From positions 1,536,001 to 1,600,000 of the forward strand of contig OY760686.1 in NCBI GenBank assembly GCA_963663865.1: DNA of 64,000 bases, read 5' to 3'. Of this stretch, positions 29,851-40,202 are shown in pieces. A model generated the notes under the pieces. It saw nothing but the letters and a program-made list of their open reading frames with translations, ran no database searches and was not told where the DNA came from. The first letter of the stretch is position 1, and each line of letters opens with the position of its first letter. This DNA is from Spirochaetota bacterium (lineage in GTDB: Bacteria > Spirochaetota > UBA4802 > UBA5550). Position numbers and translations under genes: made by a program.

Positions 29851-31014
29851 ATGTACACGACTGACTATATTTTTACTTCAGAATCTGTCTCTGAAGGACA
29901 TCCTGACAAGGTAAGCGATCAGATATCCGACGCTGTTCTTGACGCGCACATTAGCTCAGATTCGGATTCCAGGGTGGCTCTCGAAACCCTGGTTACAACA
30001 GACAGGATAGTGCTTTCGGGCGAGATTACATCGGCTGACTGCTGTGTTGATTACGAAAAAATCGCCAGATCAGTTGTCAGAGATATAGGTTATAACAGTC
30101 CGGATCTTGGTTTTTGCGCTGATACCTGCAATGTTGATGTGTATGTTCACGCTCAGTCACAGGATATATCGCAGGGCGTAACGGAGGGGCAGGGCCTTTT
30201 CGCGGAACAGGGAGCTGGCGACCAGGGCATGATGTTCGGTTATGCCGTTGCAGAGACGGATGAGCTGATGCCGCTGCCTATCTCGCTTGCTCATCGAATT
30301 ACCAAAAAGCTGTCAGAGGTCAGGAAGAACGGCGGTGTAGACTTTCTTAGGCCTGATTCCAAGTCTCAGGTTACAGTGCAGTATAAAGACGGTAAGCCTT
30401 TCCGAGTAAACACTGTAGTTGTTTCAACTCAGCACAGTCCCGAAGTGGAGCAGAAAGATATTCGGGAAGCGGTTATTGAGCTGGCGGTTAAGAAGGTTGT
30501 ACCTGTTTCTCTGATAGATGACAATACCGAGTTCTATATTAACCCCACCGGACGTTTCGTAATCGGCGGCCCTCATGGAGATACAGGGCTTACTGGACGA
30601 AAAATCATTGTTGATACATACGGTGGAATGGGCCGTCACGGCGGCGGCGCGTTTTCAGGAAAGGACCCGTCAAAGGTAGACAGGTCGGCTGCTTATATGG
30701 CAAGATATATAGCAAAGAATATAGTTGCCGCGGGCCTTGCCTACCGTTGTGAGGTTCAGCTTGCTTATGCGATAGGCGTTGCGGAACCTGTATCGGTTAT
30801 GGTAGAAACTTTTGGAACAGGTACAGTGTCAGAATATGAAATTGTTAAGAAGGTAAGGTCGGTTTTTAAAATGAAGCCTGCCGGTATACTTGAGACACTT
30901 TCACTGAAACAGCCGATTTACAGAAAGACAACTAACTATGGGCATTTCGGCAGGGAAGATCAGGGCTTTGTATGGGAGAAGACCGACAAGTCGGAGCTGC
31001 TTAAAAAATCATGA
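29851..31014 (+). CDS. metK: S-adenosylmethionine synthetase
   Basis: [28 protein letters not shown] and YGHFGR motifs. Confidence 0.99.
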   Translation: MYTTDYIFTSESVSEGHPDKVSDQISDAVLDAHISSDSDSRVALETLVTTDRIVLSGEITSADCCVDYEKIARSVVRDIGYNSPDLGFCADTCNVDVYVHAQSQDISQGVTEGQGLFAEQGAGDQGMMFGYAVAETDELMPLPISLAHRITKKLSEVRKNGGVDFLRPDSKSQVTVQYKDGKPFRVNTVVVSTQHSPEVEQKDIREAVIELAVKKVVPVSLIDDNTEFYINPTGRFVIGGPHGDTGLTGRKIIVDTYGGMGRHGGGAFSGKDPSKVDRSAAYMARYIAKNIVAAGLAYRCEVQLAYAIGVAEPVSVMVETFGTGTVSEYEIVKKVRSVFKMKPAGILETLSLKQPIYRKTTNYGHFGREDQGFVWEKTDKSELLKKS

Positions 31015-31020
31015 AAATAC

Positions 31021-31050
31021 CGGGAGAATGCCAGGAGCATTCTCCCGTTT
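31021..31050 (+). terminator. Hairpin/terminator after metK
   Basis: Perfect 11-bp stem CGGGAGAATGC-cagga-GCATTCTCCCG followed by TTT. Confidence 0.75.
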
Positions 31051-31083
31051 AACATCTACCCCGGCGGAGTTTTTGATGCACTG

Positions 31084-32595
31084 ATGCGCTTATCCTTTTA
31101 CATAACAGCTATTTTATTATTTCTTGTGATCCCTTTTATCGCAGGTCCGCTCATGGCCGAGGGTGAGTATTTATTTGCCTATGATGAAGGTACTGAGCCT
31201 GTGTCTCAGGAAAAAAACGAAAAGGCCACGCAGAGTGTTTCAAGAACAAACGTTGATGCTGAATTGATGTACGGGCAGTATAACAACATATATTCCACCT
31301 TCAGTATTATCCAGAACCACGACAGGTTTACATACCAGCTTAATTCCGATTTCAGGCGTTCAAACGATTTCGGATATAACAACTCATCATACAATAACAG
31401 TCAGATCGGATTTACAGGCAAGGCGGAGTTTTTTGAAAACTGGAAGTTTATTCCGCAGATTGATGTTTATAACCTTTCCCACGGCATGTTCGACAACTCA
31501 TCTTTCAGCCGTGAGGAGAAGGATAAGATTGCCGTTGTTTTTAAAAATGAGTATAAACCGACGCCAACACGCTGGAACTTCAATCTGGGCGGGGTTCAGT
31601 ATGTTCACAGGCTAACATCAAGGACGGCTGACTCGGTTGAAAGCAGTCTTTATAAGGTTTTCGAAGAGGTGGAATGGGAGTATATCCTCTCCCCATCTAA
31701 CAAGTTTTCTATTAAGCATTCACTTGAGCAGTATACATATGATTCTGACGAAATCGGCTCGGATATAACTTACATTTCTAATGAGTTCAGCGGAGGTTTC
31801 CGTTTCAGCGAGTTTTTTCAGCTTGGTATTACGGGCATAGTTGATTGGGATAGAGACGAAGGCCTTTTTCCGGCAGCAAAAATTCAGCTTGGTACTGTAG
31901 GGCTTAAGTACATATCCTTTGATATTGGATACAGAAATGAACTCGTTCCATTTAGGCCTGATGATATATACTTCAGCCAGAATTTTGTACTTCCAGACAG
32001 GATTTTAGCTTCTTCGACGCTGCACAGAGGAGAGGCCTCAATGTCTCTTGAGGCTGATTACGGGAGCGGGACGTCGTTCTCAGTTAAAAAGATACGCTTC
32101 AAGGCTGGAGGCGGGTTTGAGGATAACAGCAGGTTTGCTAATTTTTACCCTATTGACAGCACCGAAGCGAGTGTCATCGGGATAGAAGGCATATCAGCTC
32201 AGAAATACGATTTTATTTCCGAGTTTTCATTTGACTGTTTGATCTTTGCTCGATTATTCAGGTTTTCGGTCAATTATACATACGAAAACTATACCGCTGA
32301 TGTCAATGTCACTTACAGGCCGGAGCATCAGTTTGACGGCAGCATAAAGTATATCTTCAACAGGGGCGAAGTCGAGTGGAGCAACCGTATCACAAGCAGT
32401 GTGTACGTGAGTCCCTTTCATGCTGAAGTTTTACAGAGTGCTACAGTTGGCTCATTGAAGCTTCAGTTTCAGATTGCTGAAACTTTATACTTCAATCTGT
32501 TACTTAATAATCTGTATGGAGCCGAATACAGCTACAGAAATGGCTATCCTGAACCGGGTTTTACTGCTCTTGCCGGTCTGAGAATAGTCATTTAG
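31084..32595 (+). CDS. Outer-membrane beta-barrel protein with a TonB-dependent-receptor-like C-terminus and no evident plug
   Basis: Signal peptide; alternating aromatic beta-strand pattern throughout; ends NNLYGAEYSYRNGYPEPGFTALAGLRIVI. Confidence 0.7.
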   Translation: MRLSFYITAILLFLVIPFIAGPLMAEGEYLFAYDEGTEPVSQEKNEKATQSVSRTNVDAELMYGQYNNIYSTFSIIQNHDRFTYQLNSDFRRSNDFGYNNSSYNNSQIGFTGKAEFFENWKFIPQIDVYNLSHGMFDNSSFSREEKDKIAVVFKNEYKPTPTRWNFNLGGVQYVHRLTSRTADSVESSLYKVFEEVEWEYILSPSNKFSIKHSLEQYTYDSDEIGSDITYISNEFSGGFRFSEFFQLGITGIVDWDRDEGLFPAAKIQLGTVGLKYISFDIGYRNELVPFRPDDIYFSQNFVLPDRILASSTLHRGEASMSLEADYGSGTSFSVKKIRFKAGGGFEDNSRFANFYPIDSTEASVIGIEGISAQKYDFISEFSFDCLIFARLFRFSVNYTYENYTADVNVTYRPEHQFDGSIKYIFNRGEVEWSNRITSSVYVSPFHAEVLQSATVGSLKLQFQIAETLYFNLLLNNLYGAEYSYRNGYPEPGFTALAGLRIVI

Positions 32596-32776
32596 CTTAT
32601 GTCCGGATTAGTCATGATATGAGCAGCCTTTTGTACATTTTAAATCTACTTGACGCAGCGCGCTTCACCGATATACAGGGAGCCCCGGCGAAGAAAGATC
32701 AGTGCATTTTTGTTGCATGATACCGGTATCCCGGAGATAAAGGCCTTAAAATGGTTTCAGGATTGGATAAAGATAG

Positions 32777-35317
32777 ATGAAAAAACGTTTTGGTTTCAGA
32801 TATATTTCCGTACTCGCATTATTTTTAGCTGCTTACGCTGCTTTGAATGATTTCAGCGGCAATGTTTATTCTCAGAACTCGAGATATGAGGGTAAAATTG
32901 TAAGGAAGATTGAGTTTACCGGTAACGAAAGCGTTTCAAGCGGGGCCCTTCTGTATGCGATGAAAACCTCTATTGGATATCCGCTGAACAGCGCCGAGGT
33001 AAGGCAGGATATCAAGGAAGTTTTCGACAAGGGGCAGTTCGAGAAAGTCGATGTTGAGATAGAAGAGGTTCCTGACGGCGTTAAGCTTCGTTTTATATGC
33101 AAGGAAAGAGCAAGAATCAACTCGATTGATTTTAAAGGCAATGATGAGTTTGTAGATACCGATCTCGAAGCATCGATACCTGTTAAAGCAGGAGATGTTT
33201 TTAGAACAGACCTCCTGGAAAAAGGAGCGAAGGCTATCAAGGCAAAGTATGACGCCCAGGGCCTGTTCAATGCTGTTGTCTCATACAGAACTGACGAGGT
33301 TGACTCCGGAAGAGATGTAAAAGTCAGCTTCATTATTGATGAGGGAGAGGAAATAGTTGTAAAAAAGATATCCATTCTTGGAACAAGAAAAATTGATTCT
33401 GACGATTTGCTTGATCTGATGACCACCAAAGAAGAAGGTCTTTTCAGAGACGGTGCTTTTAAGAAAGAAGAATATGAAATGGACAAGGATAAGATTCTCG
33501 CTTATTACCGGGAGAACGGTTATCTCGACGCTCAGATTACCGGTGAAAAAGTTGAATATGAGTGGGATAATCCAGCCGAGAAGCAGACAAGAGTGATTTT
33601 TATCGTACTGAATGTTGATGAGGGCGATAAGTACTTTTTTGACGGATATACGGTTAAGGTTGAATCTGAAAAGCCGGTGTATACTCCCGAGGCTCTCATG
33701 AAGAATTTCAAGCTTAAAGAAAAGGGTGAGCTTTTCAATGACACCATGTTTCAACAGGATAGGCAGTCAATAAGCTTTAAATACGCATCTCAGGGATATA
33801 TATTTGCCCGGGTTGTTCCAGAAAAGAAGATAATCGAAAGGGAAATTGTTTCAGATGGAGAGACTGTAAAAAGGAAATTCGTCAAGGTGGATATTACCAT
33901 CACTGAGGGTACAAAGGCCTACGTTGAAAATATAATCATAAAAGGGAACCAGAAGACGAAGGATCATGTCATCAGGCGGGAGCTTCTTATAAAAGAAGGC
34001 GAGCTTTTTAATTCTGATTTGATGCAGCTTTCAAGGGAGAAGGTTTATAATCTTGGCTATTTCAAACAGGTAAACTTTGATGTCAGACCTGGCAGCAGGG
34101 AGGGGCAGATGAACCTCGTTGTAGACGTTGAGGAACAGCCTTCCGGAACTATATCGCTCGGTGGAGGTTACGGTACTACATCAGGTTTTTCCATCTTTGC
34201 AGATATTACCGAAAACAACTTTATGGGCAATGGCCAGATTGCAGGCATCAAGTTTTCATACGGTCCATACACATCATCAATAACCCTGTCATTTACAGAG
34301 AGATGGCTTTTTAACAAACCGATTGCCTTTAATTCGTCAATATCATACGGCCTCTATACTTACGAAGAGAGCTCAATATTCCCAAGCGGAAGCGATACAT
34401 CGGAGTATCAGAAGCAGACATTCGGATATTCCCTCGGCCTCAGCTACCGATTCTGGTACTATTTTCAAGTGGGTACATCATGGTATCATGTGTTTAAAAG
34501 CTATATTAATCCGACCGGAAACAGTCCTGATTATATATTTGAGTATGAGAGCCTCGGGGTTCAGGAGAAAAGGACACAAACTGTTTATCTCTACAGGGAC
34601 ACAAAAAACAACTATCTGAATCCGACTTCCGGGACAAGAGTCGGAATGAGTGTCGGTTTTACCGGGGGTTTTCTTGGCGGGGGAGACCATTTCATGGAGC
34701 TTAATCCGGAACTCTATGCTTATTATTCTCCGTTTAATCTGCCGTTTCTCGAATCTCATCCGTGCGTTTTTGAGTTCAGGGCAAATGGAACTTTTCTTAT
34801 GCAGCCGATTGGTTCTGTAAATCAGGATTACTCAAAGAACGAATGGCTTGACTCTGACGACAGGCTGAGGATGGGAGGCCCGGAGACTATAAGAGGCTGG
34901 GACTATTATGACACGGCTTTCCCAAAGTCGTGGGCCAATGCGGGACTGTATCACAGGGTTTTATACGGGCTTGAGTTCAGGGTGCCTATTCATCCACAGA
35001 TGCTATGGCTGGCATTCTTCTTTGACGCTGGTTCTCTCTGGTCTGATAACCAGTGGGAGAAACAGATCGTAAGCGATACTTACAGAAAGTATATTAACAA
35101 CGACAAAGAAAACGGGGATCTTCACAATATCGGACAGTTTTTTGATACAGACCTTCTTCAGTATTTCAGGTATTCATACGGAGCAGGTCTAAGGGTGCAG
35201 ATTCCGATGATGCCGCTTCGGTTCTGGTTCGGCAAGAAGATGATCTATGACGGCGATAAATTCTGCAATATAGGGGGCTGGACCTTCCAGTTCCAGATAG
35301 GAGATATCAGGTATTGA
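32777..35317 (+). CDS. bamA: Outer membrane protein assembly factor BamA
   Basis: POTRA repeats (I.F.GN, Y...GY, GN.KTKD.VIRREL), GPETIRGW lid loop, FFDAG, C-terminal FQIGDIRY. Confidence 0.97.
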   Translation: MKKRFGFRYISVLALFLAAYAALNDFSGNVYSQNSRYEGKIVRKIEFTGNESVSSGALLYAMKTSIGYPLNSAEVRQDIKEVFDKGQFEKVDVEIEEVPDGVKLRFICKERARINSIDFKGNDEFVDTDLEASIPVKAGDVFRTDLLEKGAKAIKAKYDAQGLFNAVVSYRTDEVDSGRDVKVSFIIDEGEEIVVKKISILGTRKIDSDDLLDLMTTKEEGLFRDGAFKKEEYEMDKDKILAYYRENGYLDAQITGEKVEYEWDNPAEKQTRVIFIVLNVDEGDKYFFDGYTVKVESEKPVYTPEALMKNFKLKEKGELFNDTMFQQDRQSISFKYASQGYIFARVVPEKKIIEREIVSDGETVKRKFVKVDITITEGTKAYVENIIIKGNQKTKDHVIRRELLIKEGELFNSDLMQLSREKVYNLGYFKQVNFDVRPGSREGQMNLVVDVEEQPSGTISLGGGYGTTSGFSIFADITENNFMGNGQIAGIKFSYGPYTSSITLSFTERWLFNKPIAFNSSISYGLYTYEESSIFPSGSDTSEYQKQTFGYSLGLSYRFWYYFQVGTSWYHVFKSYINPTGNSPDYIFEYESLGVQEKRTQTVYLYRDTKNNYLNPTSGTRVGMSVGFTGGFLGGGDHFMELNPELYAYYSPFNLPFLESHPCVFEFRANGTFLMQPIGSVNQDYSKNEWLDSDDRLRMGGPETIRGWDYYDTAFPKSWANAGLYHRVLYGLEFRVPIHPQMLWLAFFFDAGSLWSDNQWEKQIVSDTYRKYINNDKENGDLHNIGQFFDTDLLQYFRYSYGAGLRVQIPMMPLRFWFGKKMIYDGDKFCNIGGWTFQFQIGDIRY

Positions 35318-35811
35318 TGTCGGTGAAAAGATTGACCATGCTCTGTCTGCTTTCTGCAGTTATAACGGCCCTTTCGTGCAGTACAGGCACGGCTCGGGCC
35401 GAAGGCAAATGTCCGGTGGTACGTTATGTAAATCTGAGCGCTGTCAGTTCATATATCGATTCTACTGATCCTGAATACGCCCGAATACTCAAAGACCGCG
35501 ATTTGGCTTCGAGAAAAATGAAGGCCGGGCAATCAAACTCAGAAAGAGGACCGATTTCTGAAGATACGAAATCAGAAGCGGTTGAAGCGACAATTCTTGA
35601 AAACGCCGAGAGTATGCTTTCCTCATATCGAGCGAATAATCTTAAAAGAATCAATTTAATTCTAAAAAAACTGGCAGCGGAGGAAGGTGTGGATTTCATT
35701 CTTAACTATTCTGAGCATGTAATTTATGCCGATTCTTCATACGATTTAACGTCGCAGGTTATTCGTGAGCTTGAGAAGCAGAGTAAGCTAAACAGCCCAT
35801 TGCTGAGATAG
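35317..35811 (+). CDS. OmpH/Skp-like chaperone, possibly lipidated
   Basis: Translationally coupled to bamA; A...G.DFIL....VIY....DLT..VI..L C-terminus; LSC lipobox-like motif. Confidence 0.75.
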   Translation: MSVKRLTMLCLLSAVITALSCSTGTARAEGKCPVVRYVNLSAVSSYIDSTDPEYARILKDRDLASRKMKAGQSNSERGPISEDTKSEAVEATILENAESMLSSYRANNLKRINLILKKLAAEEGVDFILNYSEHVIYADSSYDLTSQVIRELEKQSKLNSPLLR

Positions 35812-35817
35812 GACGAA

Positions 35818-36492
35818 ATGAATAAATATAAAAGCATATTTTCCCTGATAGTTTCTGCATTAAGTCTTGTTCTTGCGGTTTCATGTTCAACAGAAAAGGA
35901 CAGACTTCTTAAAAATGCCCTGAAAGGTTTTGAGGGTAATTATGCGGTCTATGTAGATAAGGGAAGCTTTACTTTGACTGTCTATGACAGAGATATCAAA
36001 ACAATTAAAAAGTATCCGATTGCTTACGGATTAAACCCGGACAGAAAGCCCAAAATACACGAAGGAGATAACCGCACACCTGAGGGGTTATATCACGTTA
36101 CCGAGGTTCTCAGCATGGATGCTTCCAGTAATACAGAGTCATACAGTAAGCTGGCTCTTATGAATCGTTTTTATTTCAGGGCATCACAGGGCCACCACCG
36201 TTACGGAAAACCGCATGAAGATATTGGAGATAATGCGTACGGTTCAAGGTTTTTCAGGCTGAGTTATCCCAATGACATGGACATGCAAAGATATAAGAAA
36301 TTCAAAAGCTCCAATCATCATAAATCGGGAAAAATCCCGGGAATCGGCGGAGGGATAGCCATTCACGGGAATAACGACCCTGAATCGATTGGCCATCTGG
36401 CATCAAGCGGCTGTGTGAGAATGTACAATGACCACATTATTGAGCTGGAAAAGTATATTCAGGTGGGTACTCCCGTAGTTATAAAAAAATAA
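35818..36492 (+). CDS. L,D-transpeptidase-family (YkuD) lipoprotein, YafK/DpaA-like
   Basis: LAVSC lipobox; K..EGD.RTPEG.Y, LSYPN..D, GGGIAIHG...SSGCVRM. Confidence 0.88.
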   Translation: MNKYKSIFSLIVSALSLVLAVSCSTEKDRLLKNALKGFEGNYAVYVDKGSFTLTVYDRDIKTIKKYPIAYGLNPDRKPKIHEGDNRTPEGLYHVTEVLSMDASSNTESYSKLALMNRFYFRASQGHHRYGKPHEDIGDNAYGSRFFRLSYPNDMDMQRYKKFKSSNHHKSGKIPGIGGGIAIHGNNDPESIGHLASSGCVRMYNDHIIELEKYIQVGTPVVIKK

Positions 36493-36517
36493 GCGTAATT
36501 ACCTTTTACTTTAAAGG

Positions 36518-36546
36518 TTGACATTAATGTTGTTATTATTGAATAT
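36518..36546 (+). promoter_or_regulatory. Putative promoter for yajC-secDF
   Basis: TTGACA in an AT-rich intergenic region; -10 uncertain. Confidence 0.4.
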
Positions 36547-36651
36547 GAGTAAAAATTCATGTTATTGAGTGCGGGCTGCGTGTTTCCCCGTTGAGGATGG
36601 ATTCAAGCAGCAGGCAGTTTAGAGAACTAACGACGGAGGAGTTATTTATTC

Positions 36652-36969
36652 ATGAACACATTTGGAATGGCATTCGCGCAGACAGCACCAGCAGCTCAGC
36701 CTGCAGCAGGCGGAGGATGGGTCAGCTTTCTGCCGATTATTTTAATGATAGTAATCTTTTATTTTTTGCTGATAAGACCTCAGCAGAAAAAGGAAAAGGA
36801 TAGAAGGAAGATGATTGCGGCCCTTCAAAATGGTGATCGCGTTCTTACTACAGGGGGGATATATGGAGTTGTCTCCGCTGTTAAAGAAAACGATATTATT
36901 GTTTTAAAAGTATCTGACAATACCAAGATTGAGATCGCGAGAAGCGCTGTCCAATTAAAAATCCAATAA
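36652..36969 (+). CDS. yajC: Preprotein translocase subunit YajC
   Basis: FYFLLIRPQQKK...L..GD.V.T.GGI.G.V motif. Confidence 0.96.
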   Translation: MNTFGMAFAQTAPAAQPAAGGGWVSFLPIILMIVIFYFLLIRPQQKKEKDRRKMIAALQNGDRVLTTGGIYGVVSAVKENDIIVLKVSDNTKIEIARSAVQLKIQ

Positions 36970-36982
36970 TAAAAAATCTGTA

Positions 36983-37615
36983 ATGAAACACATTGCATTA
37001 TTTTTGATAATCATTTCCGTCCCCTTCTTTCAGCTGACTGTTCGTGCTGAAGATCAGTCTCAGGTTCAACAGGGGACTGAAAAAACCGGGGATACACAGA
37101 GTGAGTCAGAGACTGCCGACAGTTCGGGGTTGAAAGAAGGGAGCGTCGTTCCGTTGAAGAACGATTCAGCTCCTGTTGCTGAGCCAGAGCCATCTGGAGA
37201 AACATCAAAAAGTAAATCTCCGGAAATAGCGCCGGCAATTGTTCCTGCGGCAGCTCAGAAAAAAAGTACACCCGAGCCGGTTAACGTTCAGGATGAGGCT
37301 TTAAACGATCCGGGAGACTTATCTTCCAGGATGCTTCAACCCGATGAAGGGTATTTTAGATATTCCAGAATCCCGGGGATCGTAATCGACAGGGCAGAGC
37401 CGGAGACAGTAGCAAGTACGGCAGCTTCTTCGATTGAAAGGGTTAAAGGCGGAGACGAAGCCGATGAAAAGAGCGGCTTTATGGGTTTGGGCGGAAAAAA
37501 TTCAGATGTACTCGCTAAAATAGGACTGCTTGTTTTTATCGCGGCGATAATAATTCTCTACAAACTGCGGTCTGCTTCCGGCGGCAGGCGTGTCATGAGA
37601 AGCATTAGAAAATAA
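36983..37615 (+). CDS. Unknown protein between yajC and secD (signal peptide, disordered linker, C-terminal TM and basic tail)
   Basis: Tight spacing in the operon; low-complexity E/S/P/A region; TM IGLLVFIAAIIILY followed by an Arg/Lys-rich tail. Confidence 0.8.
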   Translation: MKHIALFLIIISVPFFQLTVRAEDQSQVQQGTEKTGDTQSESETADSSGLKEGSVVPLKNDSAPVAEPEPSGETSKSKSPEIAPAIVPAAAQKKSTPEPVNVQDEALNDPGDLSSRMLQPDEGYFRYSRIPGIVIDRAEPETVASTAASSIERVKGGDEADEKSGFMGLGGKNSDVLAKIGLLVFIAAIIILYKLRSASGGRRVMRSIRK

Positions 37616-37647
37616 CAATAACAACAAAAGACAGACAGAGGAGCATT

Positions 37648-39303
37648 ATGAGAAGGGGAATGATATACAAGGCTGTATGGATTTTATCTCTTGCGGCAGT
37701 TGCAGCTTTGCTGATTTATCCGACTATCGGAATGAAGACTATGGAAATCACTATGCTGAATTCCGCGACAGAGCAGCAGAAAACGGCCGTAGCTGGGTTA
37801 TTCTCAGAACGTGGATATTCTGTAGAGACTAAAGATAGTTCAGTCCTGATAAAAAGCAGGGGCCTTAATGACGCGGTAATGAATGAGGCAAGGACTCTTG
37901 AAGGTGTCAGTGACGCGAAGATTTTAAAACTCTGGGTCGAGGAAAAATTACTCGCAAAGAAAATAAACCTTGGTCTTGACCTCCAGGGTGGTATGAATCT
38001 TGTACTTCGTGCCAACTATGAAGGAATTGAAAAAAAGCTTGGACGCAAGCTGACAGAGAAAGACAGAAGCGAAATAACTCAACAGGCGCTTGAGCTTCTC
38101 AGAAACAGAATTGACAAGTTTGGTGTTTCTGAACCGTCTATCAAACCTTCAGGAAATGAATCGATTGAAATTCAGCTTCCAGGTGTTAAAGATCCGGCAA
38201 GTGTAAAAAATGCGCTTGGTCAGACCGGGCGTCTTGAATACAGGCATGTTAACGATGCTTATACCGCTAAAGCCACGGAATGGATTAAAGGAAACTACAA
38301 AGAGGAAAAAATGCCTCTTGATGTTGTTGCTCAGGATAAGCTTATAGAACAGATTGCCAGCGGGATTAAACTGCCTGCTGATCTCGAACTGATGTTTTTC
38401 TATGAAAAGGACGAAGAAACAAGTCAGTTGACACCATCGTATCCAATGGCATTGACGAAAGATGTGGCTGTCGATGGTACTGATATCAGCGAGACTACTG
38501 TAAACCAGGATGAATACGGACAGATAATTGTATCATTTAAAACGACTTCAGAGGGAGCGGCAAAATTTGCTGCAGCCACCGCTGAAAAGTTCAAGGGAAC
38601 AAAGCTGGCCATTGTTCTCGACAGAAAGATAAGAAATGCTCCTAATATCAATGAGCCGATTACAACCGGAAGCGGACAAATCAGCGGCGGATTTACATAC
38701 AATGAAGCATTGACGCTTTCAAGAATAATAAAAGAGGGCGCTCTTCCGGTAGACCTTCAAATAGTGCATGAAAGCTCAGTAGGTCCAACACTCGGGCAGG
38801 ATTCAATTAACGCCGGTGTAAAGGCGCTTTTTGTAAGCCTCATAGGCGTGATGCTGTTTATGGTTGTTTATTACAAGGGTGCCGGGATTGTATCTGTATT
38901 CGGTCTTTCGGTTAACATACTCTTTATGATGGCCCTTCTTTCTTTACTCGGCTTTACGCTTACTTTGCCCGGTATCGCAGGTTTCATCCTTACCGTTGGT
39001 ATGGCAGTTGACGCGAATGTTATTATATATGAAAGGATCAAGGAAGAGCTGGCGGGGGGCAAGTCCGTTAGAATGGCCGTTGTGAGCGGCTACGAGAAGG
39101 CCTTCTGGACGATTTTTGATTCAAACCTGACAACAATTATTTCTGCGTTTATACTGTTTCAGTTTGGTACCGGACCGATTAAGGGATTTGCGGTTACTCT
39201 TTTCATAGGAATTCTGACGAGCATGTTTACTGCTCTGTATATAACGAGATTCATTTATGAAATAATATCTCAGAATAAACGTATAAAGAAATTATCCATT
39301 TAA
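37648..39303 (+). CDS. secD: Protein translocase subunit SecD
   Basis: LGLDLQGG, RIDKFGVSEP, GALP, VGPTLG, TLTLPGIAG..L..GMAVDANV motifs. Confidence 0.98.
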   Translation: MRRGMIYKAVWILSLAAVAALLIYPTIGMKTMEITMLNSATEQQKTAVAGLFSERGYSVETKDSSVLIKSRGLNDAVMNEARTLEGVSDAKILKLWVEEKLLAKKINLGLDLQGGMNLVLRANYEGIEKKLGRKLTEKDRSEITQQALELLRNRIDKFGVSEPSIKPSGNESIEIQLPGVKDPASVKNALGQTGRLEYRHVNDAYTAKATEWIKGNYKEEKMPLDVVAQDKLIEQIASGIKLPADLELMFFYEKDEETSQLTPSYPMALTKDVAVDGTDISETTVNQDEYGQIIVSFKTTSEGAAKFAAATAEKFKGTKLAIVLDRKIRNAPNINEPITTGSGQISGGFTYNEALTLSRIIKEGALPVDLQIVHESSVGPTLGQDSINAGVKALFVSLIGVMLFMVVYYKGAGIVSVFGLSVNILFMMALLSLLGFTLTLPGIAGFILTVGMAVDANVIIYERIKEELAGGKSVRMAVVSGYEKAFWTIFDSNLTTIISAFILFQFGTGPIKGFAVTLFIGILTSMFTALYITRFIYEIISQNKRIKKLSI

Positions 39304-39319
39304 ATAAAGGAGTGCTACC

Positions 39320-40198
39320 TTGAAAAGGATTGTTGAGTTTTTAAAATACAGGTATTTCTTTTTCGCGCTTTCAGCGATTATGCTCGTAGTCTTTTATTCT
39401 AATACCTACATGAAAGGCGGCCTTAATATGGGCATCGATTTCGTAGGTGGTATGAAGGTTATAGCAAAATTTGATAAGGAAGTCACCGAGGGATCGTTGA
39501 GAGATGTTCTAAAGGTACATGATCCTATTGTCCAGCAGATGGGTGATCAGCAGCTTAATGAGTATATCATAACAGCGAAGATTACCAGCGAGGAAGAAGC
39601 AAAGAATGAGCTGAATGAGGTCAAGTCGAAGCTAACGGCTTCATATCCAGGGGTCAAGTTTTTAAGCGAAGAGAACGTTGGACCTTCCATTGGTAAAATG
39701 ATGGTTAGAACGGCCATAAAGCTTGTCATTATTTCCATGCTTATGATGACCGCTTATTTAACATTCAGGTTTGAATTTAAGTATTCTGTCGGTGCAATGG
39801 CGGCTCTTGTCCACGATGTCATTCTCTCTATTGGCTTTATAGGTTTGACCGGCATTGAGTTGAATACCCCGGTTGTTGCTGCTCTTCTGACTATTTTCGG
39901 TTATTCGGTCAATGATACAATTGTAGTTTTTGACCGTATCAGGGAAAATACTCAGATTAAAAGTCAGAACACATTTATTGAAGTAATAAATAAATCAATA
40001 ACTCAGTCAATGAGCAGAACGTTGCTTACATCATTGACAACACTGTTCTCAGTTTTTGCCCTGTTCCTTCTGGGTGGTGATGTGCTCAGGCCTTTCGCTA
40101 CAGTCCTTCTTTTCGGAATAGGAATTGGAACATATTCGTCTATTTTTGTTGCCGCACCTACCGTTCTCGGATGGGAAAAACTTAGAAAAAAGAGATAA
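39320..40198 (+). CDS. secF: Protein translocase subunit SecF
   Basis: GIDFVGG, HDV, GYSVNDTIVVFDRIRE, RT..TS.TT and GTYSSIF motifs. Confidence 0.98.
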   Translation: MKRIVEFLKYRYFFFALSAIMLVVFYSNTYMKGGLNMGIDFVGGMKVIAKFDKEVTEGSLRDVLKVHDPIVQQMGDQQLNEYIITAKITSEEEAKNELNEVKSKLTASYPGVKFLSEENVGPSIGKMMVRTAIKLVIISMLMMTAYLTFRFEFKYSVGAMAALVHDVILSIGFIGLTGIELNTPVVAALLTIFGYSVNDTIVVFDRIRENTQIKSQNTFIEVINKSITQSMSRTLLTSLTTLFSVFALFLLGGDVLRPFATVLLFGIGIGTYSSIFVAAPTVLGWEKLRKKR

Positions 40199-40202
40199 AA
40201 GT

